A DNA stretch of 62,948 nucleotides, filler included, from Octopus bimaculoides (Eukaryota): the NCBI RefSeq assembly GCF_001194135.2. It is 5 parts of 5 records of this genome, joined end to end, with 100 filler letters (N's around TTAATTAATTAA, not from the genome) between each part and the next. Parts side by side here need not be neighbours in the genome. Positions count along the whole stretch, not along the records: positions 2,534 to 33,886 come from NC_068997.1; 4 more parts are not named here. One strand, given 5' to 3'. This document shows positions 13,611 to 24,856 of the stretch, piece by piece. Position 1 is the first letter of the stretch. The number at the start of each line of letters is the position of its first letter. Below the pieces are notes generated by a model that made no database searches, was not told where the DNA came from, and saw only the letters and a list, made by a program, of their open reading frames with translations. A program made the position numbers and the translations under genes.

Positions 13611-13889
13611 TTTCCAACAACAACCTTGGGCACCTTTTTGAATGTGTACATGTGTCATATGTGTGTATATGTATTGTGGTTCTGTGAGACGTATGTACCT
13701 ATGGTTGTGTATTGCTGTGTATGTATTTGTAGACGTTTGTGTACTTGCATGTGTGTGAGTATCTGCATAGGATTAGATAAGAGAGAACACATACATACAC
13801 AAAAGGAAAGAGAGAGAGAGAGAATGGGAGGGGGAGGAGAGAGAAAGAGAAAGAGAAGGGGAGGGGTATCTGAAAGGAAGACAAGGTTT

Positions 13890-14130
13890 TACATCAGACC
13901 ATCTTGGAATGCTGCAACTCCTTCAGCATCAAATCTCCTATAGTCAAGCATCAACATTGCTGGACTGACCACCATTTCATCAGGATGTGCCCCTTCCATC
14001 AAGATAAGCACCAAACAAGGCATGCTGCAGCTAGATTGTCCCCAACATCCATCTCATCGGTTCCTTGTCTCACCTGTGGAAAATTCTGCTGCTTGGCTTT
14101 TGGTCTCCACTCGCATTAGTGTGTTCACCA
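13890..14130 (+). mobile_element. RTE LINE C-terminal zinc-finger relic
   Basis: CLTCGKFCCLAFGLHSH resembles the C..C...F....GL.SH end of RTE ORFs. Confidence 0.55.
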
Positions 14131-14380
14131 ACTGCATTTGGCACCAACTTGAAGGAATGTTGTCATCTTCAGGCTGACAGGATCTTCAAGCTAAGCCATC
14201 TCTTCTCTCGCCACTATGACCCTATAATTCTCCTTCAATGATCCTATCTAAATCCTCATCAACTTCATCTATTTTTGCTTTTACATGTTACCTTTCCTTC
14301 ACACTTTCCAGTTATACTCACATTTATATTGTAGGATAGCCCACATTAGATTTGCTAGAACAGATCTGTTCCCACACACA

Positions 14381-14428
<48 letters not shown>

Positions 14429-14584
14429 AATTAAGTATAAGTTTATTAATCATGTTAATTGCGTAAAATCCTGAAGAAGGCAGGAATGCACATATTTCCC
14501 TTATAGGTACATGAAATTTGTATAAAACATTTTTAAGATAATTGATATGGTAAAAAAAAAATTATATAATAAAGAAAGCCATAC

Positions 14585-14730
14585 TGAGGTTAACAGGTCA
14601 TTGCCATAAAGAATAGTTGCTAAGGCAGCTAAAACATGACCTTCTTGGATGAGGTCAGTAACTGATGGTTCCTTCAAGTTCCAAACAACTGCAGCATTGG
14701 ACAAGCTAGCTTCATAAATGGGGCTGGTGT
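14585..14730 (-). CDS. spg11: Spatacsin exon (TSPIYEASLSNA...QEGHVLAALATILYGNDLLTS)
   Basis: Resembles human PKLIFQASLANA...LEGHTLLALATTMY. Phase 1 to 0. Confidence 0.95.
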
Positions 14731-15236
14731 CTGCCAAACAAGAAAAATCATTAGAATTAGTTAAATAATGATCTACATACAACTTAAACATGTGCATAAT
14801 AGTGTACCAACATACACTTCATTTTGTGAAGTATAGAAATGGAGATTAATGATTTAGGAAAAGGATATCTCTAAAATATTTATAGCTGGTCTTTCTTTCA
14901 TTTTCCAAAGCAATTTTACAACTATCTGCATACGATCCCTCGATATTTTTCTCCTGTCTACCTAAGAGAGCAATTCAAATTAAGCACAACAGAAATCTCG
15001 CTTTCTTTCTGTTAGTTATAATCATGTTTCTAACATGACATATTTGAAAGAAAAGCTATTCCATATTTATATGTAGCGTGTGCATGTGTGTATGTGTGTG
15101 TGCACACATGCATGCTCATGTGTGTGATGAGAAATCATTTAATGCCCTTGTGAAAGACAAAAGTGTCACAACTTTTCCTATATGTTAGAAGAACCATAAT
15201 ATCTAATGCATAAATTATATACTGAAGCAATTAACT

Positions 15237-17350
15237 TGTAGTAACGCCGTGCGCATGCGTGTTCTCACGCATGCGTGGAATTAAACAACCAAGCGTTCCC
15301 GCTTCTATTCTAGCTCTTTCTCGGCCGGCCGGCCATGAGCATGGACGTGTCAAGCAGTGTCTCCAACATTCCAACTCTGGAGAGTCTCTTTACGTGTTTA
15401 GCTGTCTCTCTCCATCTTTCAGACTTACGCTCGACAGCTCGCTTACATCTACATAACAACGTCCCAACAACAAAGCTCACACACACAGAAGCTGTAACAA
15501 CAAACAAGAGCTAAAGATGTATATATTTACCACCTGAATAAATGTTGTTTAAGTTGATAGTCTGGAATTCAGCGTTCCGTTATATTCGTAATTTTATATA
15601 GGAAAATCAGGACTACATCTAATGATGTATAACCAAGTTTCCTATAAAGTGGTGACCCCGACGTGATTCGAACACGCAGCCCGCTGAGCTGCAATAACCC
15701 ACTTTCTACTCAAGTGGTGACCCCGACGAAGAAACAAACGCAGCATGGACTCTGGACTACCAACTTATAACTGGTGAACCCGACTAAAGAACAAATGCGA
15801 CCATGGAGACTGAACTACTAACCAGCATCATCGTCATGACCAACACGATTCTACGATTACTACGCCACCAACATCTCCAACCATAGTCAACACGACTTAC
15901 TACGTATTACCAACATCAACAAGCGCGGTTTTTATCTCGCCTCTGTTAGAGTGGGTGTTTCCACTCACGATAAACAGACAAGAATNNNNNNNNNNNNNNN
16001 NNNNNNNNNNNNNNNNNNNNNNNNNNNNNNNNNNNNNNNNNNNNNNNNNNNNNNNNNNNNNNNNNNNNNNNNNNNNNNNNNNNNNNNNNNNNNNNNNNNN
16101 NNNNNNNNNNNNNNNNNNNNNNNNNNNNNNNNNNNNNNNNNNNNNNNNNNNNNNNNNNNNNNNNNNNNNNNNNNNNNNNNNNNNNNNNNNNNNNNNNNNN
16201 NNNNNNNNNNNNNNNNNNNNNNNNNNNNNNNNNNNNNNNNNNNNNNNNNNNNNNNNNNNNNNNNNNNNNNNNNNNNNNNNNNNNNNNNNNNNNNNNNNNN
16301 NNNNNNNNNNNNNNNNNNNNNNNNNNNNNNNNNNNNNNNNNNNNNNNNNNNNNNNNNNNNNNNNNNNNNNNNNNNNNNNNNNNNNNNNNNNNNNNNNNNN
16401 NNNNNNNNNNNNNNNNNNNNNNNNNNNNNNNNNNNNNNNNNNNNNNNNNNNNNNNNNNNNNNNNNNNNNNNNNNNNNNNNNNNNNNNNNNNNNNNNNNNN
16501 NNNNNNNNNNNNNNNNNNNNNNNNNNNNNNNNNNNNNNNNNNNNNNNNNNNNNNNNNNNNNNNNNNNNNNNNNNNNNNNNNNNNNNNNNNNNNNNNNNNN
16601 NNNNNNNNNNNNNNNNNNNNNNNNNNNNNNNNNNNNNNNNNNNNNNNNNNNNNNNNNNNNNNNNNNNNNNNNNNNNNNNNNNNNNNNNNNNNNNNNNNNN
16701 NNNNNNNNNNNNNNNNNNNNNNNNNNNNNNNNNNNNNNNNNNNNNNNNNNNNNNNNNNNNNNNNNNNNNTTCATTTGTACATTGCATGCATGTATCACAC
16801 AAGTGTACATTTCATTTCTTTCATTTTTCTTTGTGTGCGTTTTGTGCTACATCTTGTGGGTGGTTTTCAGTGGCCATCCTGCCTCAGGCGTTCTAACAGA
16901 TTTCATATTATCGTGCATTTTTGCACTGGCAAGGGAGCCCTGTAGTAACGCTGTGCGCATGCGTAGTCTCACGCATGCGTGGAATTAAACAACCAAGCGT
17001 TCCCGCTTCTATTCTAGCTCTTTCTCGGTTGGCCGGCCATGAGCATGGACGTGTCAAGCAGTGTCTCCAACATTCCAACTCTGGAGAGTCTCTTTATGTG
17101 TTTAGCTGTCTGTCTCCATCTTTCGGACTTACGCTCGACAGCTCGCTTACATCTACATAACAACGTCCCAACAACAAAACTCACACACACAGAAGCTGTA
17201 ACAACAAACAAGAGCTAAAGATGTATATATTTACCACCTGAATAAATGTTGTTTAAGTTGATAGTCTAGAGTTCAGCGTTCCGTTATATTCGTAATTTTA
17301 TATAGGAAAGTCAGGACTACATCTAATGATGTATAACCAAGTTTCCTATA
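15237..17350 (+). mobile_element. LTR retroelement: LTRs 15237-15646 and 16941-17350, TSD AACT, tRNA-Trp PBS at 15650, purine tract before the 3' LTR
   Basis: Two 410-bp repeats with 12 mismatches (hand count), AACT on both flanks, TGGTGACCCCGACGTGAT 3 nt after the 5' LTR. The interior is mostly N. Confidence 0.92.
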
Positions 17351-17528
17351 AACTGAACTAATAAATTTTTAAATGAATTTACTAGATTCCTAAATTACAG
17401 TATGCAAACATTATTGACAATTAAATTACAGCTATAAATACAAATCAAAATTTTTTTTAGTTCATCAATAATCTATTTGTACTGATGCTCTGCATGAATC
17501 TATTACGTTATAAAATCTATCAACTCAC

Positions 17529-17629
17529 CATAAGGGTTTATAGATAAAGCATAAAAGCTGTTGAACATCTTCATCCACATGTCTTCGTTACTCTCAAAGT
17601 ATTGCAAAGATAATTGCTTGGGGCTAATC
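17529..17629 (-). CDS. spg11: Spatacsin exon (ISPKQLSLQYFESNEDMWMKMFNSFYALSINPY)
   Basis: TTTTAG acceptor and G|GTGAGT donor. Phase 2 to 1 links its neighbours. Confidence 0.88.
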
Positions 17630-18463
17630 CTAAAAGAAAAGAAAATATCAATGAGCATTTCTAATTAAAAAAAAAATTACATTAATAATAATGGGCACTT
17701 TTATAAATGTCAGATATTATTAATATCTTTTGGCAAGTTTTTGTAGGTGTGCAATATTGATGGTGCTCAACTTTGCTATATCATTTATATTTATTGAATT
17801 CTAGAAATGAAAAACAAAGTTGATTTCAAAAGGATTTGATCTCAGAACATTTAAATATCAATAGACCCACTATGAAGCTCTCATAAAGAATCTGTGCTCA
17901 TATAGCATATATAACGGAAGTCCTGAGTACAACTCAGTGCTACAAAGGAAGTAAATATTTATCTTACAGTGCTGCTGCTGCTAATAGCAGCGGTGGGTTA
18001 TTCCTACAAGGAAGCTTAAATTTACAACTGGATAAATTGTAGAATTTGAGGGTCACTGTCTTCACTGAAGACACTAAGTGTAGCTTTCAAAATACAAAAC
18101 AGTTCAGATACTTTGTCTTATACATTATCAACTTGCTTATCTTCAATGTGAGAATCAGGTATAATGAAATGAAATTCTCAGATCCATTGCTCCAGATCAA
18201 TCATCTTCCACGATTCTAAAAGGATCATACCATGTGTGCTCTCAGACAGAACGTTTCACTTTAGGAGTGCACAGTGTGGCATTTTGGACTTGCTGCATTT
18301 TCTTCATCATTCATGCTATTCTATAAGTCTACACAGAATTTAGTAACCTTAGAGAAAAAATGTGAAACAGTGTAGCTAACCTCCAACTTTGCAGTAGATA
18401 AAGGAAAGGAAGGTGAGAGAAAAAGCAAAACTATTTTGTCAAAGTAAACAACAGGCTGCATAC

Positions 18464-18676
18464 TTATGAATCTGGCAGTATTTCCACAGCAGATAACCAA
18501 AGTTGTTCTTGGTACAATAAGCAATCATATCTTGGTGGAATTGGCGTAATTCTATGGAACATGTTTTCACTTCAGTTATTGGGGAAGGAAGTTTTAAAAC
18601 ACCTTTTAAGTGGTTCAATAAATGAAGGAACATTGCAAAATTGTGAGTCAATAGTGAAGGATCCAGAATTCCGTTT
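18464..18676 (-). CDS. spg11: Spatacsin exon (NGILDPSLL...FHQDMIAYCTKNNFGYLLWKYCQIH)
   Basis: Phase 2/2. Resembles human NGVF...FHSQFILYCLEHSLQHLL. Confidence 0.92.
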
Positions 18677-19080
18677 CTGAGCAAAGAAAAATTAAAACAG
18701 TTTATGCATAAAAACAGCAAGTAACACTGAAAAAAGAAATTACAATTCTACACTCAAACCCATGTTTTATACTGCTTCAATAAGAGGTTCCCAACTTGGA
18801 AGATAAACCTTCACTTACCATCAGCATGCAGAAAAGGGGCAAAGAGAGTGAGATACATCTTAAGAATTGGCTAATGTTGTGGATCATTGTTTAGTGCAGG
18901 GTTACTTCTCAGATCCTGCACTAAACATATTCTCTCAGTGAAAACCCCACTTAAACTTTCTGCCAATGTATCTCCTTCAATTACTAACTTACTGACAACA
19001 ATTTAAATAAAGCATATTTACCAACAGTGGCTATTGTTGCTCCTTAGAATAACAATTTGATACTAAATAGACAAAGTCAT

Positions 19081-19296
19081 TATCATCATCATCATTGTTT
19101 AACGTCCGCTTTCCATGCTAGCATGGGTTGGACGATTTGACTGAGGACTGGTGAAACCGGATGGCAACACCAGGCTCCAATCTGATCTGGCAGAGTTTCT
19201 ACAGCTGGATGCCCTTCCTAACGCCAACCACTCAGAGAGAGTAGTGGGTGCTTTTACGTGCCACCGGCACGAGGGCCAGTCAGGCGGTCCTGGCAG
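19081..19296 (-). mobile_element. RTE LINE/SINE 3' tail
   Basis: Reverse complement of the ...GGAAAGCGGACGTTAAAC(GAT)n tail family. Confidence 0.8.
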
Positions 19297-20433
19297 ACTG
19301 TGATTAGTTGCTTACTTGTTTCTCTCAGTGTTTTCTTGAGCTGATTTAAAGCATGGTGGTAGTCAACAGAATGACTCTCACCTAACACTCCAAATATGCA
19401 ATGATTCAGTCTTATTTGCTTGTTGTTTTGGTGACACAGTAAAAGAACACCACTTAAAGAATGCTAAGATCTAATATTTCTCACACCATGAACTTTAAAA
19501 GTCATACAGGGAACAAAATCAACTCTAGTATAAAGACAAAATCTAAAAGTTATTATTACTTTATAGGGTAGTCATTAAAAATAGCATTCAATTCTAAGAC
19601 CTTTGTACACATGAAAACAATTTCTATAGAGTTTAATACATCTCAATCCAGTTGTTGACAGAGGCAGGTTTCATTGAATGTTTTAACTCATGCAAGAATG
19701 GGAAAACGTATTCAATGAAATGATATAAATTAATTTAATTCAATTAATAATTAAATCACTACAGCTTCGATTACAAAACAGCACTAGCCCAAAGTGGACT
19801 GACTAATAATACTGCTGTTGAACAATTACCTTTGTCAAGGTTGCCATCATTGTAATCATAAAGAGCATCAAATGGTATGATATAGTCAAAAATATCATTA
19901 GAGCTTTAGAAAATTAATATTCGAGCTTCTTAAAAACATGTTATAGATAATTTTGTTATACACAAATATGATTAACAGAATGAAGTGAACAATAGTTTTC
20001 TACATATCTCACTGAATTTTTAACTTTAGAAAAATGTTTTCTTCTTAATTTCTCATACAAAGTGTGCTAGCAATTTTAAAAAATCTGATTTCCAGTGAGT
20101 CAAAGTAAAAAAACTGAATCACTGATCTAAAATTGATGTCTCGAAGCAAATATATTTTCATTTCTAAAGATGATATATTTACAGGATCATAAACAGTTCA
20201 TATACAACTACTACTACTACTGCTGCTTGTTGTAGTAGTAGTAGTAGTTGTTGTTGTTTAACATCAAATATTTAAATATCTTGTGTCAAAGCAAGTTAGC
20301 TAGATCAGTACAACAGTTTGTCTCTATCAATGTTCATCTACTATAGATTTGTGTGTCAGAAACAATATTTCAAATACTAGCACACTTCATATAAATTACA
20401 TCCATGTACATGTTAATGAGTCAAACTACATAC

Positions 20434-20653
20434 GCTGCTAGTAAAGTTTGAACCAATTCCTGGAGATAGTTTGTTCCATGAGTCTTGACAATATGAAAAA
20501 TTTGTCGATAAGAAATATCATCAGGTGGTGTGACTAATTCCTTTTTCGAACTGATATGTTCGAATAACCAATTTAATGCGGCATCAATCCGGTTGTGGCT
20601 GACTAAGTATTCCCACATGACACTGGGAGGAACATTCTGGACAGGAGCAGCTG
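20434..20653 (-). CDS. spg11: Spatacsin exon (AAPVQNVPPSVMWEYLVSHN...VQTLLA)
   Basis: Phase 1 to 2, NAGNAG acceptor (20653 or 20650). Resembles human ALWRYLTARH. Confidence 0.9.
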
Positions 20654-22188
20654 CTAGAAATTGAAGAAATAATGTATGCTTATAAATAATATTTATATTT
20701 ATGAAATTAAGAAGGTACCTTTACAGAACCATTCTGACTTATTGAAATGCTTTCTTCTATTCCTGTATCACCAAAGAAATGAAAAACACAACCATCTAGT
20801 CATCATGGTTGGCTGTCAATTCTTCCAGCCACATACACTGAATATTCAACTATATAGACCCAGGATATTGTTGGTCATTCAGGTTTCCTTTCTCCATCAA
20901 TTTTTTCAGATTATACCTTAATAACTTGCCATCTACATCATTTTTGCTACTGCTCATTTAAAACAGGTCGACTTTTACTCTTCTCCTTCTGTGTATAGTG
21001 TTTGCAGTAGCCTAAGTAAATAGGAAGGGCTGAATACCATATTAATTGTGTGATTGTCATAGTCATTGCTATTATCAACACCTTTACATCTATTTCCCAT
21101 ACTGACATGATTTCCTAAAGAGATTGCTTGTACTTTCTTATTTTGGCAAGGTTTCTGTAGTTGGATTGTTTTCCAAGCCACAACCATTTAACAAACTGCA
21201 TTGAATCCTTTTATTGTGCTACCAACCGTAGAGAGATTTTGTTGAGGTCATTTCTACAGATATTCTATAGCCAGCACTTGTCATATAACTCTTTCAGTAA
21301 CTTCCCATAATCTAGAACAATTATATTCATCAAGAAAAAAACTGCAATAAAAGTAAATGACATAATTAAGTAAATCCTTTACCCCAGAAAATATCTAAAT
21401 TAATTAACCAGTACTTTTCAAACAAATGTTGTTATAATTTGCTTTAGAAGTAGAAATATTTTCATGATCCCTCTCTCTCACATAACTCTATTCCCAGGAA
21501 GAAGTCTACTGAGGAAGAGAAAGATTAAGAATTAATAATTTCACATAAATAATGTTAATTTATCTATTTGTCCACTTTGGTTCTTCCCATTTACTTTTCC
21601 TCATTCTTTAATCAATCATCCTCCTCACAGAAAAACCTCACAATGAAGTTAGAAAAACGAAAATTCTCTAAGAATTTAATATCAATGGTGTGAAGAAAAA
21701 TAAAATGTCCCTATCATTGAGCTTTCTAGTTTCATTTCTAGAAGGATAAGATCAGACTCTTCAGTGATGGGTGTATGATGAGAGTGTATATAGTTAATCA
21801 GTGATGGTGTGCATTCAATGAAAATAGGGTAGTATATTGAATTTTTTAGTTTGGTGAGAAAGAAATCAAGTGTCATCCACAGGATGTGAATGCAAGGGTT
21901 TTGAGAGAGATCAGTGACATGTAAGACATCAACTAATGAATCTACAAAAGAAAACTGTCCTTGTATAACCATAAATATGGATGATAGGTGTTATGAAAGT
22001 AGAGAGCAAACAAAACAAACTTAGATTAAAGAGTTCTTCAGATGGCAGATTAAATTTCAAAACATTTAATATAGAAAAATTATCAGAGGAATGAGATAAT
22101 ACACACAAAGACATGTGATAGATTTGGATAAAAGAGTCATTAAACACTGATGATATTTTGATTAATAAAAGAGTAAGAATGTTGATAC

Positions 22189-22406
22189 CTTGACTGGTCA
22201 TATTGGCATCAAGAATAACCAAATGTCTGGTATCATAGGACCAAGACAAAAGCCAATCAAGTTGCACATCACTGTATGGGGAGGTTACAGGAGACACCGA
22301 TTCCTCAGGTTTGTTAATGCTCACTTCTCCACAGGATGCTTTGATATTAACACAAGATGGTGCAATACTCATGCAAGCAGCAATCGCGTCCACAACTTTC
22401 CAGCCA
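22189..22406 (-). CDS. spg11: Spatacsin exon (GWKVVDAI...DVQLDWLLSWSYDTRHLVILDANMTSQ)
   Basis: Phase 2 to 1. LDWLLSWS resembles human LNWALWWD. Confidence 0.9.
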
Positions 22407-22485
22407 CTGCAATGAAATTGAAAGGAGTCATAATATTAATTTTTAAGAAAATCTTTCTCCATCTATACATATATATATATATCTT

Positions 22486-22528
<43 letters not shown>

Positions 22529-22599
22529 TATGTATATATCTTCTATATATATATATATCTAGAAAGACATTCTGTCCGTTTGTGTTTGTCCCAAAAAAG

Positions 22600-23000
22600 T
22601 GAAATTAAATTGTTCAAGGGAGGCTATTCTGGAAGCTATTATGCTTTTTCTATATCTCATATTATGCTATTGCCTAATTTGTCTCAGCAAAAATTATGCA
22701 GTGGTACAACACTAATTGTGCACAAACCTATGAGGAGCTGCATTGAGGCAAATATTCTTACTGGTAGTGGTAAATGTTACACCATCTTCATTCCTTGCAT
22801 ACCAGTCATACCAGCTAATGTCCCATTCCAATTTAAGCCTCAACAGTTGTGGTAAACATGACACCATCTTTGTTCCTTGCATACCTGTTATACCATTTAA
22901 TGTCCCATTCAAATTTAAGCTGTTACAGTTTCCTACCCCCCTTACTTTTGCCATGAGCATTAATAAAACTCAGGGCCAAACACTATGTAATACACACATA
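22600..23000 (+). mobile_element. Helitron Pif1-like helicase C-terminal relic
   Basis: IMLLPNL...KLCSGT.LIV, IPCIPVIP, LQFP..L.FAMSINKTQGQTL. Contains an internal ~83-nt duplication. Confidence 0.9.
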
Positions 23001-23239
23001 CAGGATGAGTAAACCTAAATCAGCAGTTGTAGTCTCAACCTGGTTAAGATTCGAAGCTGAATCTTTCAATTCTCCTTGGGCCTATTCAAGTGTCAAAAGA
23101 AACTGTGACAAATAGGTCTTCCACTTCATCTGTGGCCTTCTCAGTGCATCGCACAGTCACCTGGATTCCGTAAAGCTACTCTTTTATATGACATAGCTAT
23201 TCTTCTAGCATTATTCAAATTCAAAGTGAAACTTTCGAT

Positions 23240-23885
23240 TCTCCTTTGGCATACTGTCTATTCAAATACCAGATTTATTTATAACTTTTACATGTAACCC
23301 AAAATGGCCTGAAATACAAAAAGAACTCCTTCTTGATCAACAGGCACACCAGAGACATGGTCTCATAGCATGGGTTTTTCACTTGAAATCAAATAAGATG
23401 ATGCACCTCTTTTGGGGAAGTTCGCTGTTTCATGTATACAGTGGAAATTACAGAATGGGAGATTACCTCACGCCCATATTTTACTTAGGCTATGCACAAA
23501 AATAAACTCAAATCAAATTAATCAGCTGAAATTGCTGATCTTGATACTGATCGGACACTCCGTGACATCATGGTGTTTCATATGGTTCATGGCCCTTGTG
23601 GTGTTAAAAACCCTCAGTCACCATGCATGAAGGAAGGGAAATGCACAAAAAAAAAATCCAAAGGATTTTATTTCTCACACTCAATTTGGCAATGATGGAT
23701 ATCCAACGTACAGAAAAAGGAAACCAGAAAATGGAAGACAGCGAGCCAAACCTGGAAATCATGAAGTAGACAATCAATGAATAGTTGCTTGCTGCCCATT
23801 TCTGCCAAAGACTTTCAATATTCATATCAATGCAGAGTATTGTAACTCCATAAAGAGCATAAAGTATATCTGCAAATACATAGAG
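23240..23885 (+). mobile_element. Helitron Rep (HUH) domain relic
   Basis: FITFTCNPKWPEI, LPHAHILL, MVHGPCG...SPCMKEGKC, DGYP.YR, KYICKY. Confidence 0.92.
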
Positions 23886-23991
23886 GCAATAATGCTGCTT
23901 GTCTAGGTTAATGCCGAGTCCAAATGCCTAGCAAGATGCAGAAATATAATCCATATATACATACACACAGAGGCAGACTCATGCTCATACA

Positions 23992-24105
23992 TCATCATCA
24001 TTATCATCATCATCGTTTAACGTCCGCTTTCCATGCTGGCATGGGTTGGACAATTTGACTGAGGACTGGCGAACCAGATGGCTGCACCAGGCTCCAATCT
24101 GAATT
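23992..24105 (-). mobile_element. RTE LINE/SINE 3' tail
   Basis: (CAT)n CGTTTAACGTCCGCTTTCCATGC. Confidence 0.75.
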
Positions 24106-24225
24106 GGAGAGGATAGGAAATTTCGGTACTGGTGGAGGGGATAGGAACTTCTGGTACTGGTGGAGGGGATAGGAACTTCCGGTACTGGTGGAGAGGATAC
24201 GAACTTCCGGTACTGGTGGAGGGGG
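24106..24225. repeat. 28-bp G-rich minisatellite, ~4 copies
   Basis: Unit GGTACTGGTGGAGGGGATAGGAACTTCC; ends at a gap. Confidence 0.85.
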
Positions 24226-24361
24226 NNNNNNNNNNNNATTAAGATCGAGTGGGGGAATCGGGGTGCGTGTGTTAAACCATTTGGAAAATACTGTTCATTA
24301 AAATTTTATACTTTAAAAATTTCATTTGTAAAAACTATTTCAAATAATAAACAAAACTTAC

Positions 24362-24555
24362 TTTAATGGTAAAATATTTTCTTTAGCCTTTTCATATGAG
24401 ATACAAGGATAAGTTTGTTGTAATAAATGGAAGAAAGTAATTAATTTCTGCTGTTCTTCAGTTGTTTCCGTGAAATAATTAAGAATACAGTCTCTTAACA
24501 AGCAATCATTTGTGTAAAGGGCAAATTCCCAATATTTTTCTACAGGTTTATAACC
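24362..24555 (-). CDS. spg11: Spatacsin exon (GYKPVEKYWEFALYTNDCLLRD...ILPL)
   Basis: Phase 0 to 2, GTAAGT donor. Resembles human GFDVKGQLLKICFYTTNKNIRD. Confidence 0.92.
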
Positions 24556-24676
24556 CTGGAAAAGCAATAATATTTCCAGTAAATAATTTCAAAAATAAAC
24601 AGATGTTTATGAAAAATATCCAAGCAAATTTTAACTAAAAACAGCAAAAATTAAAATTTTAAACTTTTAACCTTAC

Positions 24677-24856
24677 AAGATTTGATAGGAGTAGTGATGC
24701 TTCATCAAACTTGGCATTCATCAAATATTTAATTCCTTGAAGTAAACCTAAACGAGTAACTTCAGAAAGACTGGCTAATTCTGGAGAGTTCTGTTGGAGA
24801 AGGTAGTATTGGACAATAGGGACAGTATTTTTTCTAATGCTATCTTCAATGGCATC
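24677..24856 (-). CDS. spg11: Spatacsin exon (DAIEDSIRKNTVP...EASLLLSNL)
   Basis: 180 nt, phase 0/0. Resembles human EVIASAILNNKIP...EASELLKNM. Confidence 0.92.

Noticed and set aside
15900-16988. Long ORFs of 280-345 aa in the ORF track (also 34695-35346, 41875-42674, 57777-58175)
   Set aside because: They are open only because they run through N gaps.
20975-21341. Possible extra spg11 exon behind a good acceptor at 21341
   Set aside because: All frames stop early, and the flanking exons already join in phase with continuous similarity to human SPG11.
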